A stretch of 64,000 nucleotides of DNA from an uncultured Treponema sp. (GCA_947166545.1 CAMVEQ010000001.1:1136-65135), one strand, 5' to 3'; numbered from the stretch's first letter, positions 21,436 to 31,023 are shown. Translations and numbers: made by a program. The notes: generated from the letters alone by a model not told the origin.

Positions 21436-22242
21436 ATGAGTATATTTCAAAGTGTAATTTTAGGCATTCTGCAGGGATTTGCAGAATTTCTTCCAATTTC
21501 ATCTTCCGGACATCTTTCAATTGCCCAGCATCTTTTTGGGCTTAGTGATGTACCTGTGCTGTTTGATGTTTTTCTTCATCTTGCAACTCTTTGTGCTGTC
21601 ATCCTGTTTTTCCGTAAAAAGATTGCTAAGCTGTTCTGTGTTTTCGGCAGATTAATCCTTAGAAAACCAGCTGATGCAGAAGAACTTATGTACCGCAGAT
21701 ATATTGCAGGTGTCATTCTTGCAACTGTGGTTACTGGCTGTATAGGTATTATCGTAGAAAAAAAACTTAATAATATTCCGATAAAATTTGTATGCGCAGG
21801 CTTTTTGTTTACTGCTGCTCTGCTTATTCTGTCTGCTTTTATAGAAAACAAAAACAAAGCTGAGTCGCAGGATGCTCCTTCGTGGTGGCAGTCCCTCATT
21901 ATTGGCTTTGCTCAGGGTATTGGTACTTTGCCAGGCGTTTCCCGCAGCGGTTCTACAATTTCAGGAGCTTTGCTGTGCGATGTAACCAGAGAGGTTGCAG
22001 GGGAGTTTTCTTTTATAGCATCAATACCAGCAATACTGGGGGCTTTTCTGCTTGAATTGAAAGATTTAGGAAAAGTTGGTGCTTCCGTGGGTATTGTTCC
22101 TGTTGCGGCTGGCTGTATTGCAGCCTTTGTCTGTGGTTTACTTGCATTGGCATGGCTTATGAAGCTTATCCGCAAGGGAAAACTGGCATGGTTTGCCTGT
22201 TATTTAATACCTGTAGGCATTCTTGGAATTTTATTTTTGTAA
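21436..22242 (+). CDS. uppP: Undecaprenyl-diphosphate phosphatase (BacA/UppP)
   Basis: QGFAEFLPISSSGHL and LPGVSRSGSTI motifs. Confidence 0.93.
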   Translation: MSIFQSVILGILQGFAEFLPISSSGHLSIAQHLFGLSDVPVLFDVFLHLATLCAVILFFRKKIAKLFCVFGRLILRKPADAEELMYRRYIAGVILATVVTGCIGIIVEKKLNNIPIKFVCAGFLFTAALLILSAFIENKNKAESQDAPSWWQSLIIGFAQGIGTLPGVSRSGSTISGALLCDVTREVAGEFSFIASIPAILGAFLLELKDLGKVGASVGIVPVAAGCIAAFVCGLLALAWLMKLIRKGKLAWFACYLIPVGILGILFL

Positions 22243-22257
22243 ATATAGTGGAGGTCT

Positions 22258-22818
22258 ATGATGAAAAGATTTACAAAAAAAATTATGGCTGTAGCAATTT
22301 CTGCTCTCATTCTTGCTGTTACTCCTGTTTTTGCAGCAAGTGAAGAAGGTTCTAACGGCGCAAAAATAAAAGAAGGAGCAAGTACATTCTTTAAGGGTGT
22401 AAAAGGTTCTGTAAAAGATGCAGGAAATTCTGTAAGCAACAAGGCTAAGGATATTACAGCTTCTTCTTATATTGGTACTTGGAGTTTTATTAACGGAAAG
22501 TATACTACAATGATTATCTGTGAAGATGATGATACAATGAGCATTGTTCAGACTCAGAAAAAGGGTGAAAACACTTGGGCAGGAACATACACTGTAGCTA
22601 AAAAGCAGATTACTTTCTATATTGATACTGTTAACGGAAAAAAGAACCGTGATACGTGGGTTATTAATTTTGATGCAGATAAAAAGGATTATATGATTTT
22701 GTCTTCTCCAGACATTCCTAATGATTTGAACGGATATGATTTTTCACGCTCAACACTCTTTCTTTATATTGAGGGAGAACCTGTTGCTGTAGAAGAGTCT
22801 GCTAGTGAAAATGATTAA
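22258..22818 (+). CDS. Secreted hypothetical protein
   Basis: Signal peptide ending VFA; GGAGG RBS. Confidence 0.7.
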   Translation: MMKRFTKKIMAVAISALILAVTPVFAASEEGSNGAKIKEGASTFFKGVKGSVKDAGNSVSNKAKDITASSYIGTWSFINGKYTTMIICEDDDTMSIVQTQKKGENTWAGTYTVAKKQITFYIDTVNGKKNRDTWVINFDADKKDYMILSSPDIPNDLNGYDFSRSTLFLYIEGEPVAVEESASEND

Positions 22819-22837
22819 AGATAAAACTCTATAAATG

Positions 22838-22872
22838 AAAAAGCCTTGAAGCTGAGCTTCAAGGCTTTTTTT
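22838..22872. terminator. Bidirectional intrinsic terminator
   Basis: AAAAAGCCTTGAAGC-TGA-GCTTCAAGGCTTTTT between convergent genes. Confidence 0.85.
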
Positions 22873-22879
22873 ATATCTT

Positions 22880-24211
22880 TTAGTTAGATTCTGCCGCACC
22901 TGGCAAACCGATGTCTTTGCGGTAGTACATTCCTGCAAACTTTATGCAGGCAAGTGCGTTATAGGCATCGTTCCAAGCCTGAGTAAAGGTTTCACCCTGT
23001 GCAGAACATGCAAGAACGCGTCCTCCGCTTGTAATGAGAGCAGGAGATGCATCTGCAGGTCTTCTGCTTCGGCGTCTGTCTTCAATTGCTCCTGCAACAA
23101 ACAGTTTTGCACCTGTCTGAGCAAGTTTATCTTCTTCTATTGAAATCTGAATTCCTTTTTTGTATGCATTAGGGTATCCGCCGCTTACTGCAACTGGTGC
23201 AACAGAATAGCCTTTCTTCCATTTGAAATTGAATGTTGAAAGGGTTCCGTCGGTAATAGCCTGACACATTTTTGCAAAGTCAAAATCCATGAGAGGGAGT
23301 ACTGCCTGTGTTTCAGGGTCTCCAAGACGTACATTGTATTCAAGGCACTTTGGACCGTTGGCAGTGAGCATGAGACCAAAGAAAATGAATCCCCTGTAGT
23401 CGTAGCCTTCTGCAATTAACCCTTTGAGAGTTGGTTCAAGAATTGTTTTAATGAATTGATCATTTATTTCTGGAGTAACATCGTCAACTGGTGCAATTGC
23501 TCCCATTCCGCCTGTGTTTGGACCTTTAGCACCTTCTTCCAGACGCTTGTGGTCGCGTGCACTTACAAAAGGAATGATGCAGGCTTTTCCTTCTTTTGCA
23601 TATTCTGGGGTAACGCTGACGGCTGCAAGAATTGAAACTTCTGTACCGCGAAGATATTCTTCAATGACAAGCTTTTTACCTGCATCGCCAACACGGTTTT
23701 CTTCCATGAGTTCTTTTACAGCAAGACGTGCATCTTCAAGTGTAAGGGCTACTATAACGCCTTTACCTGCTGCAAGACCGTCTGCCTTAATGACAATTGG
23801 TGCTCCCTGTTCTTCAATGTATGCAAGAGCCTCGGCTTCATCTGTAAAGGTACGGCTTTTTGCACATGCAACCCCGTATTTACTCATGAACTCTTTTGCT
23901 CTGTCTTTGCTGGCTTCAAGCTGGGCGGCATCGTATTTTGCACCTACAGTAGGAATTCCTTCATTCCAGAATTGATCTGCAAGACCTTCTGCCAAAGGAT
24001 TTTCTGGACCTACAACAACCATGTCGCAGTTTTCCTCTTTTGCAATGCCTACATAAGAGCCTTCGCTTAAAGATTTGTTAATGCATTTGTTTTCAATTGC
24101 AGTACCGCCGTTTCCAGGTACGCAGATAACCTTTTCAACATCATTACTCTGAGCAAGTTTCCAAGCAATTGTATGCTCGCGTCCGCCGTTTCCAACTACC
24201 ATTATTTTCAT
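22880..24211 (-). CDS. purD: Phosphoribosylamine--glycine ligase
   Basis: MKIMVVGNGGREH, KADGLAAGKGV, GPNTGGMGA and EYNVRLGDPETQ motifs. True start is ATG 24211. Confidence 0.95.
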   Translation of the reverse strand: MKIMVVGNGGREHTIAWKLAQSNDVEKVICVPGNGGTAIENKCINKSLSEGSYVGIAKEENCDMVVVGPENPLAEGLADQFWNEGIPTVGAKYDAAQLEASKDRAKEFMSKYGVACAKSRTFTDEAEALAYIEEQGAPIVIKADGLAAGKGVIVALTLEDARLAVKELMEENRVGDAGKKLVIEEYLRGTEVSILAAVSVTPEYAKEGKACIIPFVSARDHKRLEEGAKGPNTGGMGAIAPVDDVTPEINDQFIKTILEPTLKGLIAEGYDYRGFIFFGLMLTANGPKCLEYNVRLGDPETQAVLPLMDFDFAKMCQAITDGTLSTFNFKWKKGYSVAPVAVSGGYPNAYKKGIQISIEEDKLAQTGAKLFVAGAIEDRRRSRRPADASPALITSGGRVLACSAQGETFTQAWNDAYNALACIKFAGMYYRKDIGLPGAAESN

Positions 24212-24320
24212 AATTTTATAATATGCTAAATATGTTGAATTTTCAAGATAAAAAATAAGCCTCCGTTGCACCTGAAAAGTACAGCGGAGGCTTGGTTTAT
24301 TTGGATTTTTTAGATGTTGA

Positions 24321-25094
24321 TTACATAGAAGTGTATCCGCCATCAACTGGCAGAATTACACCTGTTACATAACTTGAAGCTGGGCTTGCAAGGAAGATTG
24401 CAGCTGTATCAAGTTCACCTTCGTTACCGTAGCGGCTCAAAGGAATCATAGTCTTTGCATTCTGCTGGAAGAAGTCAGAATCGAGCGTTTCCTTTGTTAA
24501 TGGAGAATAGAAATATCCAGGGCAAATTGCGTTTACTGTGATGTTGTATTTTCCCCACTCTGCAGCAAGACCGCGGGTCAGGTTTACAACACCGCCTTTT
24601 GCAGCATGATAAGGAGAACAAGGAGCAACTTTGTTTCCTACAATACCATACATAGATGCAATGTTGATAATGCGTCCGTATTTTGCAGGAATCATTGCCT
24701 TTTTAGCAATTGCACGGGCAACTCGGAAAGATCCGAATAGATCGATATTTACTTCATTGTAGAACTGGTCATCTGTAATGTCTTCTGCTGGAGCAACTGC
24801 ACCAGTTCCTGCATTGTTAATGACAATGTCAATTCTCTTGAATTTTGCAAGAACTTCATCAACAGCTGCATCAACACGTGCTGTATCTGTAATGTCACAC
24901 TGAACTGCAAGAGTTTCAACACCGTAAGTGTCTGCAATCTCTTTTGCAACTGCTTCTATTTTATCCTTGCGACGTGCAATGGCAACAATGTTTGCACCCT
25001 GATTTGCCAAAGCGTGAGCCATTTGAACACCAAGCCCTGTAGAACAACCTGTTACTACAGCAACCTGACCTTTTAAATCAAAATATGATTTCAT
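24321..25094 (-). CDS. SDR oxidoreductase (gluconate 5-dehydrogenase-like)
   Basis: TGCSTGLG, NNAG, YHAAK and LPVDGG motifs. Confidence 0.88.
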   Translation of the reverse strand: MKSYFDLKGQVAVVTGCSTGLGVQMAHALANQGANIVAIARRKDKIEAVAKEIADTYGVETLAVQCDITDTARVDAAVDEVLAKFKRIDIVINNAGTGAVAPAEDITDDQFYNEVNIDLFGSFRVARAIAKKAMIPAKYGRIINIASMYGIVGNKVAPCSPYHAAKGGVVNLTRGLAAEWGKYNITVNAICPGYFYSPLTKETLDSDFFQQNAKTMIPLSRYGNEGELDTAAIFLASPASSYVTGVILPVDGGYTSM

Positions 25095-25169
25095 AAAAAT
25101 CCCCCTACAGAATTTATGTTATATTTCAACAACAATTATTGCATAAACGAAAGATTATGTCAAAAACTG

Positions 25170-25598
25170 CTATTTAGGATTCCTCTTGCAGCATTCCGTA
25201 CACCCTGTTACGACAACATGTTTTTTACCGTCGGCATAGTTAAACAATCTTGCCGTAAGATGCCCTTCTCCTAAAGGAACTTCTTTTCCGCACACAGGGC
25301 AACGTCGTTTTATTCCTGGCTCAGGGACTGGGTAACAGTGCGGGCATCCGCTTATTGTACAAAGTTGATCGGGAACGGTCATTGGTCTGTAAACTCGGCT
25401 TATTAAATTTTCGCCTGGCAACAGAACCGTATTGCACATAGGGCAGTTTACAACAAAACCTTTTTCTGCTGCCTTTTTTCTAGCCTGCATTGTTTTTTTC
25501 TGTTCATTTTCTTTTTGTCCATAAGCCTTCCATCTGATGAACCAGTTAAGCAGGATGAAAATAAAAATCACCAGACCAAACAGCACTATATATTCCAT
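25170..25598 (-). CDS. Membrane-anchored protein with CxxC (zinc-ribbon-like) motifs
   Basis: N-terminal TM; CPMC, CPHC, CPVC and CTEC motifs. Confidence 0.7.
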   Translation of the reverse strand: MEYIVLFGLVIFIFILLNWFIRWKAYGQKENEQKKTMQARKKAAEKGFVVNCPMCNTVLLPGENLISRVYRPMTVPDQLCTISGCPHCYPVPEPGIKRRCPVCGKEVPLGEGHLTARLFNYADGKKHVVVTGCTECCKRNPK

Positions 25599-25713
25599 AA
25601 GGCAAGTATAAGGACTAGTTGTAAAAGTCTCAAGATGGTATTTTGAAAATTGCTGTATTCTTGAAAAAGACTTTATTTACGGGCTTTTACGGCATAATAA
25701 AATAGAATTTCCC

Positions 25714-25740
25714 TAAAGTCGAAAATCTAATCTCCGAAAT
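25714..25740 (+). promoter_or_regulatory. Putative sigma28 promoter of flaB
   Basis: TAAA-N15-TCCGAAAT, about 90 nt upstream of the flagellin gene. Confidence 0.6.
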
Positions 25741-25831
25741 TCAAAGTATAGGGAACGAAATCCCTGGGTGGCAGATATGGGATAAAATATTTGCTTAAAA
25801 AAAATTCACCTTTATATAGAGGAGATACGTT

Positions 25832-26692
25832 ATGGTTATCAATCACAACATGAGTGCAATGTTTGCACAGCGTTCAACTGGCATTACAGAAGTAAGCCAG
25901 CAGAAGAGCATGGAAAAGCTCTCATCTGGAATGAAAATCAACCGTGCAGGTGATGACGCTTCAGGACTCGCAGTTTCTGAAAAAATGCGTGCACAGATCA
26001 GAGGTTTGAATCAGGCTTCTGAAAATGCTCAGAATGGAATTTCTTTCATTCAGACAACAGAAGGCTACCTCCAGGAAACTGAAGATATCATCCAGCGCAT
26101 CCGTGAACTTGCAGTTCAGTCAAGCAACGGTATTTATACAGAAGAAGACCGCATGATGATTCAGGTTGAGGTTTCTTCTCTCGTTGCAGAAGTAGACCGC
26201 ATTGCATCTGCAGCACAGTTCAACGGTTTGAACATGCTCACAGGTCGCTATGCTCGCCCGACAGGTGAAAACAATGTAACTGGTTCTATGTGGCTCCACA
26301 TTGGTGCAAACATGGATCAGCGCACACAGGTATACATCGGAACAATGACAGCATCTGCTCTCGGAATCCGCAATGTTGGTAATGAAGAAATCATTACTCT
26401 CGAGACTCCAGATGATGCAAACCGCGCAATCGGTACTCTTGATGAAGCAATCAAGAAGATCAACAAGCAGCGTGCAGACCTCGGTGCATACCAGAACCGC
26501 CTTGAAAAGACTGTAGAAGGATTGAACGTAGCTGCTGAGAATACTCAGGCTTCTGAATCAAGAATCCGTGATACAGATATGGCTGCTGAAATGGTTGAGT
26601 TCACAAAGAACAACGTTCTCCAGCAGGCTGGAACTGCTATGCTTGCACAGGCAAACCAGTCTTCACAGAATGTTCTTTCACTCTTGAGATAG
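25832..26692 (+). CDS. flaB: Spirochete periplasmic flagellar filament core protein FlaB
   Basis: 286 aa; [32 protein letters not shown] and [12 protein letters not shown] motifs. Confidence 0.95.
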   Translation: MVINHNMSAMFAQRSTGITEVSQQKSMEKLSSGMKINRAGDDASGLAVSEKMRAQIRGLNQASENAQNGISFIQTTEGYLQETEDIIQRIRELAVQSSNGIYTEEDRMMIQVEVSSLVAEVDRIASAAQFNGLNMLTGRYARPTGENNVTGSMWLHIGANMDQRTQVYIGTMTASALGIRNVGNEEIITLETPDDANRAIGTLDEAIKKINKQRADLGAYQNRLEKTVEGLNVAAENTQASESRIRDTDMAAEMVEFTKNNVLQQAGTAMLAQANQSSQNVLSLLR

Positions 26693-26712
26693 TTGGTTAT
26701 AGTATAGCCGGC

Positions 26713-26745
26713 AAGGGCACTCCCGAAAGGGGGTGCCCTTTTTTT
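26713..26745 (+). terminator. Intrinsic terminator after flaB
   Basis: AAGGGCACTCCC-GAAA-GGGGGTGCCCTT followed by a T-tract. Confidence 0.85.
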
Positions 26746-26748
26746 ATG

Positions 26749-28128
26749 TTAATACATTTCCTTTAGAGTAACCAGAGTGTACCCTTTCGCAGTTTCAATG
26801 ACATAATCTGTAAAACCCGAAAGAGAAAACAGCATAACTTCTAAATTTGAAGCAGAAAAGTAATTAAGTTTTTTCTGAAAAATTTCAAGATCTTCTTTGT
26901 TAAAACTTTCTGATTTAAATTTACATTCCCCTGCCAGAACGTATTTTTTTCCATCTAGTCCCAGCAAATCTATTTCAATAGATTTTATTTCTTTCCCAAT
27001 CCTTACAGAGTTCTGGTATTCAATAATATCTGTCAAAAAGCAAGGAATCTTTTTTGTTCCTACATTATTCAGAATATAATCTTTTGCCATCTTTTCAAAA
27101 ACACTGCCCATAAATTGGTGCAGATTTTGTTTTACTTTTTGTTCATAATAGATTTTCCCTTTGCCACTGTTTATAAGGCTTGCCCCTGGAGCTACATAAC
27201 GAAAATAAAAATTCACCATAGAATCTGCAATTAGATAATATGGTTTAGGAATTTCTCGACGTTCAACAACTTCTGCTGAAATAAGATTCTTAATACAAAA
27301 GCTGATATCGGACATTCCTGTGGTTGCTTGAATCTCATTATATTTTGTTTTTCCATTTGCAATTGCATCAATTATGGAATTGTATGCAACTGGATTAGAT
27401 TTTTCACCAGTTATAACGGTTTTAATTTGCTCTTCTGAAAAAAAGGCATTCCTTGAGAAGAATAATTTTTCTATATTTTCATCGAGCGAAATGGTGCTGT
27501 CAAACTGTTCAAGATATTTAGCAACACCGCCTGTAAGTCCGTAAACAATAGCCTGTTCCTCTGCATTATAATCAGGTACAAAACATGCGGTATCCTTATA
27601 TCCAAATGGATTAATTTTTAACTCAAGATTTGCTCTTCCATGAAGCGGAGCCGAGGAACCAAGTACATCTTCTCTCATGAAGGAAACAAGAGAACCTAGT
27701 AAAATAAAATAAAGGTTTGAATTCTTCCATTTATTATCTATATATTTTTGAAGCAGAGAATTCATATATGGGCAGGATTTTGCAAGATAAGGGTATTCAT
27801 CAATTACAAAAATAATCCTTTCTTTTACAGATTCTTCTGCCAGATAATCAAATATTGAATCGAATGAATCAAATTTTAATTTTCCGTTGAGATTTGGGGC
27901 AAGACTTTCAAGAACATCATTTCCCATTCTTAACAAGAGTTCTGTCTCTGTCATTTCTGTACTTACAAAAGATACGGATTTGCATTTATTAAGTTCTATG
28001 AATTTATTTATAAGTGTTGTTTTTCCGACTCGCCTACGCCCAAAAAGAACGGCCAGGTGAAATCCTTTTTTATTATACATTTCTTGAAGTACAGTGAGTT
28101 CCTCTTCTCTTCCTATAAATCTATTCAT
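26749..28128 (-). CDS. Archaeal-type AAA ATPase with wHTH and C-terminal DUF234-like PD-(D/E)XK domain
   Basis: FIGREEEL, GRRRVGKT, VIDEYPYL and TGGVAKYL motifs; C-terminal EIDLLG..GECKF. Confidence 0.88.
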   Translation of the reverse strand: MNRFIGREEELTVLQEMYNKKGFHLAVLFGRRRVGKTTLINKFIELNKCKSVSFVSTEMTETELLLRMGNDVLESLAPNLNGKLKFDSFDSIFDYLAEESVKERIIFVIDEYPYLAKSCPYMNSLLQKYIDNKWKNSNLYFILLGSLVSFMREDVLGSSAPLHGRANLELKINPFGYKDTACFVPDYNAEEQAIVYGLTGGVAKYLEQFDSTISLDENIEKLFFSRNAFFSEEQIKTVITGEKSNPVAYNSIIDAIANGKTKYNEIQATTGMSDISFCIKNLISAEVVERREIPKPYYLIADSMVNFYFRYVAPGASLINSGKGKIYYEQKVKQNLHQFMGSVFEKMAKDYILNNVGTKKIPCFLTDIIEYQNSVRIGKEIKSIEIDLLGLDGKKYVLAGECKFKSESFNKEDLEIFQKKLNYFSASNLEVMLFSLSGFTDYVIETAKGYTLVTLKEMY

Positions 28129-28163
28129 AATCGAATCCTTTATTTTATAACTGTGACTGAATT

Positions 28164-28243
28164 TTACTAGAGTAAACTCTACTAGAGTTGATTCTAGTAG
28201 AGTTTACTCTACTAATATTAAAATGATAAAATTTATTTGTCAA
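28164..28243 (-). promoter_or_regulatory. Sigma70 promoter plus large inverted repeat (operator-like) upstream of the ATPase
   Basis: Minus-strand TTGACA(28243-28238)-17-TAATAT(28220-28215), followed directly by perfect 19-bp inverted arms at 28168-28186 and 28193-28211. Confidence 0.65.
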
Positions 28244-28249
28244 CAAAAA

Positions 28250-28275
28250 AGGCATCTCCTTCTTTGGAGATGCCT
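28250..28275 (-). terminator. GGCATCTCC/GGAGATGCC hairpin, copy 1 (inverted relative to copies 2 and 3)
   Basis: Stem with loop AAAGAA and a U-tract when read on the minus strand. Confidence 0.65.
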
Positions 28276-28292
28276 CTGTTTTATGTGTTTTT

Positions 28293-28497
28293 TACTTTTC
28301 AAAAAGTGTAGAGTACACTGTCGGGAATGAATAGTGTACTCTTTTCAAAAAGTGTAGAGTACACTGTCGGAAGTGAATAGTGTACACTATCCAAAATGTG
28401 TAGTGTACACTGTCGGGAATGAATAGTGTACACTTTTCAAAAAGTGTAGTGTACACTGTCGGAAAAGAATAATGTACATTATCGTGTTGCGAAAGTA
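28293..28497. repeat. 23-bp-period palindromic tandem repeat element, copy 1 (8 cores)
   Basis: Eight 23-bp units at 28295-28478 alternating CTTTTCAAAAAGTGTAG(A/T)GTACA and CTGTCGGGAATGAATAGTGTACA; ends are TACTTT...AAAGTA. Confidence 0.92.
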
Positions 28498-28550
28498 AAA
28501 ATACAGTAAAACTAATGTGATTATGGCTATTTATTAAGTCTCCCTCTAAA

Positions 28551-28692
28551 CAAAACAGCTTTACAGTCTGTATTAACAGTGATAGTATAAAGACAGTTTT
28601 AATATTTGTGGCAATCTTAAAATTTGAGGAAATATATGAAGCGGGTTTTAGATTTCCACTCTGAAGGAAGCCTTGTAAAATTGATGGAGTAA
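28551..28692 (+). pseudogene. Duplicated promoter/leader plus 18-codon in-frame deletion remnant of the 34444-35799 gene
   Basis: 28551-28652 is identical to 34359-34460. 28648-28692 matches 35755-35799 at 42/45 nt. Mini-ORF 28636-28692 reads MKRVLDFHSEGSLVKLME. Confidence 0.88.
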
Positions 28693-28694
28693 AA

Positions 28695-29963
28695 ATGAAA
28701 AGATATCTCTGTTTCTTAATTCCGCTTGTCTTATGTGCCTGCTCAAAGAATTCTGTACCAAAAACTGTACATGAAGAAACTTTATCTTTTCAGAAAACAG
28801 ATATAGAAGTTCCTTTTTATCCTGCTGATTTTGAAGGAGTTCAAAATCAGTCGGATGGAACTCAGTTATTACTTGTTAGAGAATATGACAAGTCAGAACC
28901 AGAAGCCAGCAACACAACTTATAACTCTGTAATCATTCCAGAAAAGCCTTATGAAGACCGCTTTATTCCTGTCCAGATGCAAGATAGCAGTTTATGGACT
29001 TATGCGGATGTTTGTAAGAAAGGTTTACCGATTGTTCCTGCAGTTTTTGCGGAAGTAAGACCTTTTAAAGATGGACTTGGTGCAGTTCGTCGTGATGGAC
29101 TTTGGGGATTTATAGATGAGAATGGAAAGCTTGCTGTCAATTTTGACTATATCTCAGTTCAAGATTTTTACAACGGAATATGCATTGTTTCTTTTATGCG
29201 TGATGAAAAAAAATGGTGGGGAGGTATAGACAAAACTGGAAATTTACTTTTTTCTATTCCAGACAGAACATGGTCTACAGATGGTGTCTCTGGAATTTGC
29301 AATTTTTATGAGTATGATTATGCCAAAGGAAAGACAGATAATGGAGAATGTTTTATTTCTAGAAGTGGTGAAATTCTTTTAAATAATATAACTTTGGGAG
29401 ATATAGAATTCCTTACAATGAAAGATGACCGCTTTGATTTTGAATATGGAAATAAAACTTTATGTGTTCGAGGATTTTTTGATGATAAGCTTTACTTACA
29501 GACGAAAAGTGAGAGCCGTTCAACTCTTTACGGTGCATTTGACAGGTCTGGAAAATGGATTATAGAACCTGTTCATAAGAATTATTCAGAAGTCATAGGC
29601 ATTATAAATAATTCTAAAATTGAAGGAATAAAACCTTTTCTGAGTACCAGCGTAAAAGACGAGGATACAAAGCTGTTTGGTCTAAAAGACAGAAACGAAA
29701 TGTGGCTGGTACAGCCCGAATATGCATTTATTCTGGCAGATAAAGACAATGGATATTTTATTTTGATGACAACGGATGAAAAGTTTGGACTTGCTGATAC
29801 TTACGGAAGAATAACTGTAGTTCCGAATTATGAAGATATTGCATGCATACATACTAATCCTTTATATTTCTGTGCTTGCAGAAATGGAAAATATGGAATT
29901 ATAAATTTGTCAGGAAAAGAATTGTATCCATTTGAAAATGATGACATGATTTTTCTAGATTGA
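28695..29963 (+). CDS. WG-repeat lipoprotein
   Basis: Lipobox-like LCAC; repeats LWGFIDENG, WGGIDKTG, YGAFDRSG and KYGIINLSG. Confidence 0.85.
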   Translation: MKRYLCFLIPLVLCACSKNSVPKTVHEETLSFQKTDIEVPFYPADFEGVQNQSDGTQLLLVREYDKSEPEASNTTYNSVIIPEKPYEDRFIPVQMQDSSLWTYADVCKKGLPIVPAVFAEVRPFKDGLGAVRRDGLWGFIDENGKLAVNFDYISVQDFYNGICIVSFMRDEKKWWGGIDKTGNLLFSIPDRTWSTDGVSGICNFYEYDYAKGKTDNGECFISRSGEILLNNITLGDIEFLTMKDDRFDFEYGNKTLCVRGFFDDKLYLQTKSESRSTLYGAFDRSGKWIIEPVHKNYSEVIGIINNSKIEGIKPFLSTSVKDEDTKLFGLKDRNEMWLVQPEYAFILADKDNGYFILMTTDEKFGLADTYGRITVVPNYEDIACIHTNPLYFCACRNGKYGIINLSGKELYPFENDDMIFLD

Positions 29964-29982
29964 TATTGTAAAAGGATAAAAA

Positions 29983-31005
29983 ATGAAAAGATATCTCTAT
30001 TTCTTAATTCCAGTTGTCTTATGTGCCTGCTCAAAGAATTCTGTACGACAGTCTGTGCAGATAACAGAACTTACCGAACCAAATAATGCGTCTGTTGCTG
30101 TGCAAAACTCAGAAGCTGAGGATGGGGTAAAAAACGAATATAAAGAAAAATCGTCTCAAATAGGCATAGTTTCGGAAGAAGAATATCTTGCTTCGTATGC
30201 TGATACGGATAGCAGTTTAACAAAGCCAAAGATGATATTTGTTGAAGGTGGAACGTTTCGGCTTGGTACGAATTGGCAGGATTATCATAATGTAACAGTA
30301 AGCAGTTTTGAGATAGGAATGACAGAAGTTACATTCGGACAGTACTATCCTTTTATCGATAAAGAAATTATGGAAAGCCGAAAAAATTATGCTGCTGCTA
30401 ATGTAAATTGGTATGAGGCTGTTATATATTGTAATAAATTAAGTATTCAGTATGGGTATGAACCTTGTTACACTATAAATGGAGAAACAGATCCTTCTTT
30501 GTGGGGAAATGAAGTTCCTTATTTTACAGAAGCAGAGGGCAGTGTTGGAGACATGAATGCATGGGATGCAATTGAGTGTAACTTTAATGCAAATGGCTAC
30601 AGGCTTCCGACAGACGCAGAATGGGCTTTTGCTGCTCGTGGTGGAAATAAAAGTAAAAATTATACGTATAGTGGAAGTGATAATATAGATGAAGTTGGAT
30701 GGTATGCTGATAATGCAAAAAAAGATGGAGAGGAAGTTGCAAAAAAGAAACCTAATGAACTTGGAATATACGACATGAGCGGAAATGTCTGGGAATGGTG
30801 CTGGGATAAAAGTGGTGTTTATTCTAAAAAATCAGAAGTAAATCCGACTGGTCCAACAGAAGAAAATCATTATAGAGTAATACGAGGAGGAGGAGATGGC
30901 AGTTCAGAAGATTACTGTGCCCTTACATACACAGAAAGTGATTATCCTGATGTAAAATCTTGGTATTATGGTTTTCGTTTATGCCGTTCTATTGGGGAAC
31001 GGTAA
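29983..31005 (+). CDS. FGE-sulfatase (SUMF1/EgtB/PvdO-like) domain lipoprotein
   Basis: GYRLPTDAEW, YDMSGNVWEWCWD, RVIRGG and GFRLCRS motifs; same signal peptide as 28695. Confidence 0.88.
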   Translation: MKRYLYFLIPVVLCACSKNSVRQSVQITELTEPNNASVAVQNSEAEDGVKNEYKEKSSQIGIVSEEEYLASYADTDSSLTKPKMIFVEGGTFRLGTNWQDYHNVTVSSFEIGMTEVTFGQYYPFIDKEIMESRKNYAAANVNWYEAVIYCNKLSIQYGYEPCYTINGETDPSLWGNEVPYFTEAEGSVGDMNAWDAIECNFNANGYRLPTDAEWAFAARGGNKSKNYTYSGSDNIDEVGWYADNAKKDGEEVAKKKPNELGIYDMSGNVWEWCWDKSGVYSKKSEVNPTGPTEENHYRVIRGGGDGSSEDYCALTYTESDYPDVKSWYYGFRLCRSIGER

Positions 31006-31023
31006 AATCTTGAAGAGTCTATA

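Noticed and set aside
28293-28497. CRISPR (or TIGR-like) array
   Set aside because: Repeats are only 12 bp, the 11-nt linkers recur rather than being unique spacers, and no cas or tas-like gene is recognisable in the window.
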